The notes below the pieces were generated by a model that had not been told where the DNA came from, did no database searches, and saw only the letters and a list, made by a program, of their open reading frames with translations. Below are positions 1 to 8,523 of a DNA stretch of 64,000 nt, one piece after another; the first letter of the stretch is position 1; each line of letters opens with the position of its first letter. The position numbers were made by a program, and so were the translations under genes. The stretch lies in NCBI GenBank assembly GCA_965204875.1, contig OZ242020.1, forward strand, positions 2,475,729 to 2,539,728, in the 5' to 3' direction. The stretch comes from Candidatus Aldehydirespirator sp. GTDB taxonomy: Bacteria > Actinomycetota > Acidimicrobiia > Acidimicrobiales > Aldehydirespiratoraceae.

Positions 1-774
1 GCCTTCGCGCTGGGCGCAGCCGAGATCGACCTGTCCATCGGCTCGGTGGCGGCCCTGTCGTCGCTGGTGGTGGCGGATGCTGTGGGCAGCCTCGGGTTCG
101 CCGCGGGTGTCGCGATCGCCCTCGCCGTCGGAGGCGGGATCGGCGCCGTCAACGGGCTCATTGCCGTGAAGGTCCGCATACCGTCGTTTCTGGTCACCTT
201 GGGGATGCTCGGAATCGTCGGCGGTGTGGCGCGGAACCTCAACAACCTCCAGTCGCTGCCGATACGCAACGACCTCTACTTGGGAGTGTTCGGCGCGGGG
301 TCGGTCGGCCCTGTCTCGTCGCTGCTGATCTGGACGGTCATCGTGGGAGTCGTCGGGCATCTGGCCCTGCACCAGCTGCGCTGGGGTCGTCATGTGCTGG
401 CCGTTGGGGCCGACCGTTCGGCTGCGTCGGCGCTGGGCATCAAGACTGATCGGATCCGTATCTCCGCGCTGGTCGCCAGCGCTGCTGCGGCGTCGCTTGC
501 GGGGATGCTGCTGGCCGGCCGCCTCGCCATCGGCCGGCACGACCTAGGCGAGAACCTGCTGCTGACCGTGATCGCTGCGGTGGTGATCGGCGGCACCAAC
601 CTGTTCGGCGGGCGCGCCTCCGTTGCCGGCGCGATCGCCGGGTCGATCGTCATGGCGATGCTCAATAATGGCTTGATCCTGATGGGTTTGCGTGTCGCAG
701 ACCAGCTGATCGCCCGTGGCGTGATCATCATACTCGCGGTCGCCTTGAGCATGCGCGAACACAGGGAGCCCTGA
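1..774 (+). CDS. Sugar ABC transporter permease (RbsC/AraH type), 5' end cut by window edge
   Basis: Frame 1 is open from nt 1 (AFALGAAEIDLSIGSVAALS...). The protein is multi-TM and hydrophobic, with GGTNLFGGRASVAGAIAGSIVMAMLNNGL typical of ribose-type permeases. A sugar ABC ATPase lies 1.2 kb downstream. Confidence 0.85.
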   Translation, partial: AFALGAAEIDLSIGSVAALSSLVVADAVGSLGFAAGVAIALAVGGGIGAVNGLIAVKVRIPSFLVTLGMLGIVGGVARNLNNLQSLPIRNDLYLGVFGAGSVGPVSSLLIWTVIVGVVGHLALHQLRWGRHVLAVGADRSAASALGIKTDRIRISALVASAAAASLAGMLLAGRLAIGRHDLGENLLLTVIAAVVIGGTNLFGGRASVAGAIAGSIVMAMLNNGLILMGLRVADQLIARGVIIILAVALSMREHREP

Positions 775-799
775 CGTAAGGCTCTAGGGAGGTCCAAAA

Positions 800-2032
800 G
801 TGTTCTTGCAAGCGCTTCTTGAGCGCAACCCCGGATTCGTCCAAGCGGCGGTGCAACTGCATCAGCATGGGCTCATTCCGGCGAACAGCTACGTGCTCGA
901 CCTCGACGCGATAGGCGCGAACACGCGACACCTGTGCAGCGAGGCCCACGATCTGGGACTCACCGTGTACCCCATGACCAAGCAGATCGGCCGTGCATCG
1001 GCGGCGCTTGAGGTGATCGCGGGCGGCGGCGCCGACGGGTTCGTGGCAGTGGACATGGCCTGCGCCCGCCCGATCGTCCGCAGCGGGCACAACCTCGGAC
1101 ACCTGGGCCATCTTGTGCAGGTGCCGCGCGGCGAGGCCGGTGTTGCGGCCGCCCTGGAGCCGGACTTCTGGACCGTGTTCTCGCTCAACAAGGCGGAGGA
1201 GGCTGCGGCGGCCGCGCGCGCCCGGGGCCGCGCTCAGCGGTTGCTGGTCCGTGTCTACGACGACGGCGACGAGTTCTACCCCGGTCACGAGGGCGGCATA
1301 CCCCTGGGTGGCCTGCCGTCGATGATCGACCACATCGCCGCGCTCGATGGTGCCTTCTTCGCCGGACTCACCACCTTCCCGGCATTGCTGTATGACGCGG
1401 CCTCGCAGAGTGCTCGCATCACGCCGAACATGAGGACGCTGAGCCGGGCTGCAGCCATCGCCCGCCGCCACCGGGCATGCCCCGAGACGCTGCACATCAA
1501 CGCGCCCGGCACCACATCGTCGCAGGTGTTGTCACAGTTGGCCGAGGCCGGCGCCACCCAGGTGGAACCCGGTCACGGGCTCAGCGGCACCACGCCGCTG
1601 CATGCGGTCCGGGATCTCCCCGAGGTTCCCGCGGTGTTGTACCTCAGCGAGATCGCGCACGTTCACATGGGTGTGCCGATGTGTTTCGGCGGCGGGTTGT
1701 ATGTCGATCCCGTCTTCGGTGACTACCAGGTGCGAGCCGTGGTCGCTGGGGATCCGTCGGAGATCTCGACCCGGCCCGTGCCGGTTGAGATGCCGAGTAC
1801 CGCAGCCATCGACTATTACGCCAAGCTCACGCCGGCTGCCTCGCGGAGTTTCGCCGAGGGTGCCTCGGTCGTGTTCGGGTTCCGCGTGCAGGCCTTCGTC
1901 ACCCGGGCCTTCGTCGTAGGGGTTGCGGGCGTCACCCGCGGCGATCCTCGCGTGGCCGGTGTCTGGAACGGCTTCGGCGATCCGGTGAGCCTCGACTGCA
2001 CAGATGGCGCATATGCGGGTGCGCCCGCATGA
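800..2032 (+). CDS. YhfX-like fold-type III PLP enzyme (alanine-racemase-like)
   Basis: N-terminus MFLQALLERNPGFVQAAVQLHQHGLIPANSYVLDLDAI...YPMTKQIGR...GHLGHLVQVP resembles E. coli YhfX, recalled from memory. GTG start at 800. Confidence 0.6.
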   Translation: MFLQALLERNPGFVQAAVQLHQHGLIPANSYVLDLDAIGANTRHLCSEAHDLGLTVYPMTKQIGRASAALEVIAGGGADGFVAVDMACARPIVRSGHNLGHLGHLVQVPRGEAGVAAALEPDFWTVFSLNKAEEAAAAARARGRAQRLLVRVYDDGDEFYPGHEGGIPLGGLPSMIDHIAALDGAFFAGLTTFPALLYDAASQSARITPNMRTLSRAAAIARRHRACPETLHINAPGTTSSQVLSQLAEAGATQVEPGHGLSGTTPLHAVRDLPEVPAVLYLSEIAHVHMGVPMCFGGGLYVDPVFGDYQVRAVVAGDPSEISTRPVPVEMPSTAAIDYYAKLTPAASRSFAEGASVVFGFRVQAFVTRAFVVGVAGVTRGDPRVAGVWNGFGDPVSLDCTDGAYAGAPA

Positions 2033-2808
2033 AGGCTCCTGCAGCGTTGGCGGCGCTTGAGGTTGAGGGCCTGTGCAAGTCCTTTCGGGCGGTGCAGGCC
2101 CTGGACAGCGTGACGCTGAGGCTCCACTACGGCGAGGTCACGGCCCTGCTGGGTGACAACGGCGCGGGCAAGTCGACGCTCGTGAAATGCGTGGCCGGGG
2201 TTTACGCGCCCGAGGCAGGTGTGGTGAGAGTCGACGGAACCGAGGTCGTGATCACCTCTCCGGAGGCGGCTCGAGCCTTGGGCATCGAGACGGTGCATCA
2301 GACGCTTGCCGTCATCGACACACTCGACGTGGCCGAGAACCTCTTCTTGAACCGTGAACACACCCGAGGCGGCCCGGTTGGAGCCTGGCTCGGCGTGTTG
2401 GACAAGAAGCGCATGAGAGACGAAAGCGAGCGCATCCTGGAGGGGCTCGGTATCCGGATTCCCTCGTTGCGCCACCGGATGGGGACGCTCTCGGGCGGGC
2501 AGCGTCAGGCTGTGGCGATCGGGCGGGCCACCGCCTGGGGGCAGCAGATCGTGATGCTTGACGAGCCGGCGGCCGCGCTGGGCGTGCAGCAGGCTGCCCG
2601 TGTGTTGGAGATGATAAGAGGCCTGCGCGAGGCTGGCGCAGCGGTACTGCTCATCACGCACAATATGGATCGAGTCGGCGAGGTCTGCGATCGGGCGGTG
2701 GTGCTTCGTCAAGGGCGCAAGACCGCGGACGTTCTTGTCAGCGACACCACCAAGGACGACCTGGTCGCCTACATCACCGGTGCCAAGGCCCAGCGAAGCT
2801 CCCCATGA
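2029..2808 (+). CDS. Sugar ABC transporter ATP-binding protein
   Basis: Walker A GDNGAGKST, signature LSGGQRQ, Walker B IVMLDEP. 4-nt overlaps with both neighbouring genes. Confidence 0.9.
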   Translation: MKAPAALAALEVEGLCKSFRAVQALDSVTLRLHYGEVTALLGDNGAGKSTLVKCVAGVYAPEAGVVRVDGTEVVITSPEAARALGIETVHQTLAVIDTLDVAENLFLNREHTRGGPVGAWLGVLDKKRMRDESERILEGLGIRIPSLRHRMGTLSGGQRQAVAIGRATAWGQQIVMLDEPAAALGVQQAARVLEMIRGLREAGAAVLLITHNMDRVGEVCDRAVVLRQGRKTADVLVSDTTKDDLVAYITGAKAQRSSP

Positions 2809-3632
2809 AGATCTCCGGACCGGCCCTAGATCCCGGAGCCTCCCTGGCGCAGCCGGCGCTTGTCAATGGCATCAACCCGAACGCACAGCTCGGCGTCGAT
2901 GTTGGCGGTACCAGTATCAAGGGTGCTCTCGTCAACCTGAGCACAGGTCAGCTTGCAGGACGGATCCACAGCACGCCGACACCTGACGCGGCGACACCCG
3001 AGCAGGTGGCGTCCCTCATACGCCAGATCGCAGCATCCGAGAACTGGGATGATCGTGTCGGTGTGGCGCTGCCAGGGGTGATCACCGGCTCTCGGCTGTG
3101 TCACGCGCCGAACCTGTCCGCTGCCTGGGAACGGGACGGTGCACTGGACTGCCTTCGGGACGCGGGCGACGCCGGAACTGTGCTCATCAACGATGCCGAC
3201 GCCGCCGGGCTAGCGGAACTCACCTACGGCTGTTCTGATGGCCCTAGGGACGGCCTGACCATAGTGCTCACCTTTGGAACCGGCATCGGCAGTGCCCTGA
3301 TCCACGATGGCAGCCTCATCGCGAACTCCGAGTTGGGCGGGCTTCATGGTCCCGCCGGGCGGTTTGAGGATGTGGCATCGGGGCGCGCCATCTTGGAGGA
3401 TGAGCTGTCACCTGTGGAGTGGGCGCAACGCGCGCAGCCTTACTTCGACCAGCTGGAGACCATGCTCAATCCGGTCCGGTGGGTTCTGGGCGGGGGGCTG
3501 AGCGAGAACTTCCAGCAATACTCATCCCGCCTGAAGTTGTCCCAGCCGGTGACCGCGGCCCATCTCAGGCTGCATGCCGGAATCGTCGGGGCGGCCGCGG
3601 CGGTACAGCACTCGCGCTCAGCAGACAGCTAG
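2805..3632 (+). CDS. ppgK: ROK-family (polyphosphate) glucokinase
   Basis: GVDVGGTSIKGALVNL...STPTPDAATPEQVA and FGTGIGSALI motifs match ROK/PpgK kinases. Confidence 0.75.
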   Translation: MKISGPALDPGASLAQPALVNGINPNAQLGVDVGGTSIKGALVNLSTGQLAGRIHSTPTPDAATPEQVASLIRQIAASENWDDRVGVALPGVITGSRLCHAPNLSAAWERDGALDCLRDAGDAGTVLINDADAAGLAELTYGCSDGPRDGLTIVLTFGTGIGSALIHDGSLIANSELGGLHGPAGRFEDVASGRAILEDELSPVEWAQRAQPYFDQLETMLNPVRWVLGGGLSENFQQYSSRLKLSQPVTAAHLRLHAGIVGAAAAVQHSRSADS

Positions 3633-3774
3633 CCGGAAAGAGCGACTTGAGGTGCGGTTGGCGGGCCGGTCGGTGGTGGCCGACTCGCGTTCAGCAGGCA
3701 GCTAGTCGGATTGGGCGACGCTGGCTGATGGCGGGCTGTGGAGCGTGCGGACACAGCCGGAGCGTTGATCAGCG

Positions 3775-4530
3775 ATGAGGTTGCACGCGGTCCGGGATCA
3801 AGCGGCGGCCGCACAAGCGGCAGCCGACATCATTGAACGGTTCCTGAACGAGGCTGCGCCGGCGGTGCTGGGAGTCGCGACCGGCGCCACCATGGAGGAA
3901 CCCTTCGCTGAGGTCGTGCGACGCTACCGGCTGGGAAGGCTGAGCATGACTCGCACGGAGGTTTACCTGCTCGACGAGTACATCGGCCTCGAACGGCACG
4001 ACCCGAGCACATTTGCCAACACCGTCAAGCGGCTGCTGGTTCAGCGGACCGACCTGCCTGCGGACGCGGTTCATGGCCCGGATCCTCATGCTGCCGACCT
4101 GCATGCTGCATGCGAAGAATACGAGCGGCAGGTGCGCAGCGCACAGATCGGCCTGCAACTGCTCGGGATAGGAACGAATGGGCACATCGCCTTCAATGAA
4201 CCGGGATCGGTCTTCAGCAGCACGACACGTGTGGTGCGCCTGAGCCAGCGGACGCTGGCCGACAATGCAGCTATCTTTGCGTCCGGCACATCTATGCCCG
4301 CAACCGCGATCACCCAAGGCATCAGCACCATCCTCGCCGCCGAGAAGTTGCTTCTCATAGCCTGCGGCAAGCACAAGGCAAGAGCCGTCTCACTGGCCAT
4401 CGAGGGTCCCCTCAGCGAGGCACTGCCGGCCTCGGCGTTGCAGCTTCATCGCAACGTCACCGCCATCGTTGACGCAGCAGCCGCATCGCTGCTGTCCGAA
4501 GCCGCCCACCCGAACGAGCACTCACAGTGA
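3775..4530 (+). CDS. nagB: Glucosamine-6-phosphate deaminase
   Basis: LGIGTNGHIAFNEPGS and the overall SugarP_isomerase pattern. Confidence 0.85.
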   Translation: MRLHAVRDQAAAAQAAADIIERFLNEAAPAVLGVATGATMEEPFAEVVRRYRLGRLSMTRTEVYLLDEYIGLERHDPSTFANTVKRLLVQRTDLPADAVHGPDPHAADLHAACEEYERQVRSAQIGLQLLGIGTNGHIAFNEPGSVFSSTTRVVRLSQRTLADNAAIFASGTSMPATAITQGISTILAAEKLLLIACGKHKARAVSLAIEGPLSEALPASALQLHRNVTAIVDAAAASLLSEAAHPNEHSQ

Positions 4531-4629
4531 GATCACTCGAGGCATTCGCCTCATCCGATGTCCAATATCGGTACTCTGGCGTGTCAAATCTGTGCAGTGT
4601 CAGGTGTCAATGGCCGGTAGTCTGGCGGG

Positions 4630-5656
4630 GTGGCCGAGTACCTGGAGCGTCTCGCGGAACCGCTCATCGCTGCACTTCTCAAAGAGCTTCCAGCCTTGGC
4701 GCTGGTCGGTCCGAGGGCCTCGGGGAAGACCACCACCGCGGCGCGCTACGCCCGTACCGTGATCCGGCTGGATCGCCGAGCCGAGGCCTTGGCGGTCGCG
4801 GCCGATCCCGACGCAGCGCTCGAGGGCCTGGCCGAACCCGTCCTGCTGGACGAGTGGCAGGAGGTGCCCCAAGTGCTGGGCGCCGTCAAGAGGGCCTGTG
4901 ACGCCGAACCCCGCCCGGGACGCTTCATCCGGTCCACCAGCGGCGTCTCGGGCACGCCCGACTGCTCGCCAACGGTCATCTGACTCTCAGATGGCCGGCG
5001 GAGGCTACGACAGTGCGAGGCTGGCCCGCTTCTTCGAGGCATACGCGCTCAACTCGGCCGGTGTCGTTGACGACACGACCCTCTGTGATGCTGCGGGCAT
5101 CAACCGGCGCACCGCGGTGCGCTACCTGGATCTGCTCGGCCGGCTTCACATCGTCGATGAGCTGCCGGCCTGGACGACGAACCGACTCAAGCGGCTGTCG
5201 CTCGCTCGGAAGCGGTTCCTGGCGGATCCTTCGCTGCTGGCGTCCGTGACGGGTGCCACCGATCGCTCAGCCAGGCGTGACGGCAACCTGCTGGGTCGCC
5301 TGCTTGAGACATTGGCGGTGGCGCAACTGCGGGCCCAGGCGGCGGTCAGCGAGCACCGCTGCCGGCTCTATCACCTCTGGCAGCACCACGGGCGCCATGA
5401 GATAGACGTCGTCGCCGAACTCGACTCGCAGCACTTGGTCGCCATCGAGATAAAGGCCACGGCCGCGCCCTCGCCCGATGATGCACGCCACCTCGCCTGG
5501 CTGCGTGATCACATAGGCGACAGGCTTCTTGCCGGCATCGTGCTTCACACCGGCCCCTCGGCGTTCCCGCTAGGCGACCGCCTCTGGGCACTCCCGATCA
5601 GCTCCCTCTGGGGCGAGCGTGTCAGCGATCACTTGGGCAGGCCGTACTGGTCGTAG
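4630..5656 (+). pseudogene. AAA+ ATPase with DUF4143 domain, disrupted by internal deletion and frameshift
   Basis: The N-terminal piece 4630..4983 (LVGPRASGKTT...LLDEWQEVP...RPGRFI) stops where LTGS... is expected. The C-terminal piece continues in another frame from about 4990 (GGGYDSARLARFFEAYALNSAGVV...ELPAWTTNRLKRL...). Roughly 70-90 aa of the family core are missing. Confidence 0.7.
5570..5632 (-). pseudogene. Possible vapC (PIN toxin) 5' stub of 20 codons
   Basis: A GTG overlaps the vapB stop as GTGA, the classic vapBC junction. It encodes VIADT..., like the MI(V/L)DT start of PIN domains. All similarity is lost after about 5 codons, where the sequence becomes antisense of the DUF4143 3' end. 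Confidence 0.3.
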
Positions 5657-5886
5657 AGGAGTTCGCCATGATCAACCTCCGCGGACCCCTTGTCCAGCAG
5701 GCTGGCGCAACTAGCGGAGATCTCCCGCAGCGACCGAAGGCGTTCCTCGGTGCTGCGCCTGCGCATCTCGCGCTCCAAGCGTTCTCTGAGCGCCACCGTG
5801 ATTGCCTCGGTCTTCGTCTCACCAGTGAGGAGCGCCAGTTCTCTGGCTAGCCGGCAAGTCTCTTCGTTCTTGATGTTGAGGCTCAT
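5629..5886 (-). CDS. vapB: VapB-family antitoxin (Rv0623/PSK_trans_fac-like), orphan
   Basis: MSLNIKNEETCRLARELALLTGETKTEAITVALRERL...LLYDQYGLPK closely follows M. tuberculosis VapB30-type antitoxins, from memory. The ATG is at 5886 inside the longer 162-aa ORF of the track. Confidence 0.8.
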   Translation of the reverse strand: MSLNIKNEETCRLARELALLTGETKTEAITVALRERLEREMRRRSTEERLRSLREISASCASLLDKGSAEVDHGELLYDQYGLPK

Positions 5887-5938
5887 TAGTTTCTCTCTTG
5901 AGGGCAGATTCAACCTCGCCGTACGTGCGCGCTCGCGG

Positions 5939-6448
5939 TCAGGCCGGAGTGCCGCCACCGGCCGTGCCGGGACGGGGTGGTGTTTCGGGGTTGTGGTGCT
6001 GGACTCCCTCCAGGCGGGCCAGGCGCTCCCGGGTGTCGGCGAGGCTGTCGACGATCTTGGCGAGCGTGCGCTGGGTCTCGTTGTGCTGTGCGGTGAACAT
6101 GTCGGTGGCACGCTCAAGCTGACGGGTGAAATCCTTGCGGGTCTCCTGGTTGGAGCGCTCGATCAAGTTGCGGGTCTCCTGGTTGGCTTGGCGATGTTCC
6201 TGGTTGGAGCGCTCGATCAGGTCGCGGGTCTCCTGGTTGGCTTGGCGATGTTCCTGGTTGGAGCGCTCGATCAGGTCGCGGGTGTGGGCGCTCTCGCGGT
6301 GCTGGCTCCGTATGGAGACGAACATGAGGGTGGTCATGGTGGCGAACATCACGCCGAAGGCCGACCCCAGGATCGTCAGCACCGCCGTGTCCAGACCTGT
6401 CTCCACGCCAATAACGTTAGCGAACCACGTGATACCTTGCAACACCAT
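5939..6448 (-). CDS. Membrane-anchored coiled-coil protein with 18-aa tandem repeats, hypothetical
   Basis: The N-terminus has a hydrophobic TM segment (GLDTAVLTILGSAFGVMFATMTTLMFVSI). It is followed by RDLIERSNQEHRQANQET x2 plus a shortened third copy. The gene lies 52 nt upstream of vapB on the same strand. Confidence 0.55.
   Translation of the reverse strand: MVLQGITWFANVIGVETGLDTAVLTILGSAFGVMFATMTTLMFVSIRSQHRESAHTRDLIERSNQEHRQANQETRDLIERSNQEHRQANQETRNLIERSNQETRKDFTRQLERATDMFTAQHNETQRTLAKIVDSLADTRERLARLEGVQHHNPETPPRPGTAGGGTPA
6138..6282 (-). repeat. Perfect 54-bp tandem repeat (2 identical units plus a 33-nt shortened unit)
   Basis: Units 6171..6224 and 6225..6278 are identical (cgggtctcctggttggcttggcgatgttcctggttggagcgctcgatcaggtcg). 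6138..6170 is a copy lacking 21 nt. Confidence 0.95.
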
Positions 6449-6574
6449 ACATCACAAGAATCACTGAAGCAGCAATCGTGCCTGCTCGGTAGGCTTGCTG
6501 ACCTCGGGCAACCCGCTCGCAGGCCGGCCGAGGAACGGGAACCGGTGCTCGCGCAGCGACGCCATCCGGAGCGG

Positions 6575-7321
6575 TCAGGTCCACGTCCAGCCGAAATCGT
6601 CGACGAGCCTTGACATGCCCACCAGTGCGACGACCTGGCCGAGGTGTGCGGCAGATCCGCAGACGTCCCCGGTCGCTCCATCGAGCGTGCGGCGGGCGAA
6701 GCCGGCCACAAGGAGTGCGCCGAGTCCGGCGGATGCCGCCGCCACCGCGGCAGGCAGGCCCAGGCTCACCGCAGCGGCAGCTGCGATTGCCACTGCTGAA
6801 ATGCACCGCGCGGGCTGCAGATGCGCCGCGTATCCGATGCCCAGACCGCTGCTGCGGGTCGCCGGCGCGGCCAGCAACACAACGACCGCTGCGGTGCGGC
6901 CAAGCCCGTGCGCGAGCGCCAGCGCGATGACGCCATCACGCGGTGCCAGGGACATGACCGCATGGACCTGTACCAGAGTTGACAGCAGCAGGGCCAGCAC
7001 ACCGAACGTTCCCAGGCGGGAATCCTTCATGATCTCGAGACGCTGCCGGCGCGTCGTGCCGCCGAGCGCGTCGGCCGTGTCCGCCCAGCCGTCCTCGTGG
7101 AACGCACCCGTGATCACTATCCCAGTAGCCACGGCGGCTATGGCGGCGAGCGGGGCGCCCAGCGGAGTCCACAGCGCCCAGAAGGCGCCTCCCGAGAGCA
7201 TCCCGACCACGGCACCCACGACCGGGAACCAGGGAACGCTGCGGCCCAGATCGCGGTCTGTGCGTGGGTCCGCCCCGCCCCGCAACCGGGTGAGGAACGA
7301 CCATGCGAACCGCAAACTCAC
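6575..7321 (-). CDS. cobS: Adenosylcobinamide-GDP ribazoletransferase (cobalamin synthase)
   Basis: FLTRL...PVVGAVVG...TGAFHEDGWADTADALGG motifs. GTG start. Confidence 0.9.
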   Translation of the reverse strand: MSLRFAWSFLTRLRGGADPRTDRDLGRSVPWFPVVGAVVGMLSGGAFWALWTPLGAPLAAIAAVATGIVITGAFHEDGWADTADALGGTTRRQRLEIMKDSRLGTFGVLALLLSTLVQVHAVMSLAPRDGVIALALAHGLGRTAAVVVLLAAPATRSSGLGIGYAAHLQPARCISAVAIAAAAAVSLGLPAAVAAASAGLGALLVAGFARRTLDGATGDVCGSAAHLGQVVALVGMSRLVDDFGWTWT

Positions 7322-8421
7322 AGCGAACCGGACGCCAGACCCTGCTCGGAGAATGTGGCTACGCCGGTCACCGCGGCTGCGGCTATTGCGATGATGGGAA
7401 CTGCAGCAAGCCCGCCGGACCCTTCACCGAGCCCGAGGTCAAGTTGCAGCACGGGTTCAAGTTCGAGCCGTTCGAGCAGCTGTCTGTGGCCCGGCTCGGC
7501 CGAGCAGTGGCCCGCGATGGCGTGGTCCAGGCTGCCCGGCATGGCCGCGTGCAGGGGTGCGACGGCGGCGGTTCCGATGAAGCCGTCCAGCACCACCGGG
7601 ACCGAGCGCTGCCGGGCTGCGACCACGGCTCCGGCGATTGCGGCCAGCTCACGACCGCCGAGGCGACGCAGTGCCTCCAGCGGAGTGACGGAGCCGACCC
7701 GACAGACCGCGTCGCTCACGACATCGCGCTTGCGACTCAACGCAGCTCCCGACACGCCTGTGCCCGGTCCGACCCACGCTCTTGCGGCGGCGCGAGCCAC
7801 GTCGTCTGAGGTGTCGGCGGTGTGAGCCTCGTCGTCTGACGTGTCGGGCGGGTCTGTGAACAGGGCCATGCAAAGCGCAGAGGCCGAGGTTGTGTTGGCG
7901 ATGCCGAGCTCACCGAGCAACAGCAGATCAGCCTGGCCGACTTCAACTGCATGAACTGCGGCCGCTGCGCCTGCCGCAACCGCTTCGTCGAAGTCGTCGT
8001 CGCTCATGGCGTCGCATGTGCGGATGTTGCCGGTAGGGCGGCCCACGCCGACGTCCACCACCCGGACCGCCGCTCCGACCTGCCGCGCGATCGCCGTCAC
8101 GGTGGCAACGCCGCTCTTGACGGCATCGACCATCGCCGCGGTCACCTCGGTCGGATACGCGCTCACACCCTCGACGGCGACGCCATGATCGGCGGCGAAC
8201 ACGAGCACGGCGGGCCGCTTGACCGCGGGCTGATGCGTGCGTTGCCAGCCCGCCAGCCAGGCGGCTACCTCGTCGAGGCGCGCGAACGCGCCGCTGGGCC
8301 GCAGCACTTCACGAGCCCGCGCAGTGACGGCGCTGCGAGCAGCCGCGTCCGCCGACGGCAGGTCCACCAACATGCGCGCCAGCAGGCAGGGCTCGGCAGC
8401 GGGCGCCGACAGGTCTGCCAT
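7318..8421 (-). CDS. cobT: Nicotinate-nucleotide--dimethylbenzimidazole phosphoribosyltransferase
   Basis: GELGIANTTSASAL and VLDGFIGTAAVAPL motifs. I place the start at ATG 8421 (MADLSAPAAEP...) rather than the track start 8499, which lies in a duplicated copy of the start region. Confidence 0.9.
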   Translation of the reverse strand: MADLSAPAAEPCLLARMLVDLPSADAAARSAVTARAREVLRPSGAFARLDEVAAWLAGWQRTHQPAVKRPAVLVFAADHGVAVEGVSAYPTEVTAAMVDAVKSGVATVTAIARQVGAAVRVVDVGVGRPTGNIRTCDAMSDDDFDEAVAAGAAAAVHAVEVGQADLLLLGELGIANTTSASALCMALFTDPPDTSDDEAHTADTSDDVARAAARAWVGPGTGVSGAALSRKRDVVSDAVCRVGSVTPLEALRRLGGRELAAIAGAVVAARQRSVPVVLDGFIGTAAVAPLHAAMPGSLDHAIAGHCSAEPGHRQLLERLELEPVLQLDLGLGEGSGGLAAVPIIAIAAAAVTGVATFSEQGLASGSL

Positions 8422-8523
8422 GGTCGCACACACCCCGTCACGCTCGACGAGCGCCGCCGTCCTGCAGCGGGCGCCGACAGGTCTGCCATGGTCGCACACG
8501 GGAAGTGTGGCTCGGCCAACCGC

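Noticed and set aside
6138-6282. Tandem repeats here and at 31706..31788 and 48610..48666 as possible CRISPR arrays
   Set aside because: The units are contiguous or coding, with no unique spacers of regular length between conserved repeats, and there are no cas genes in the window.
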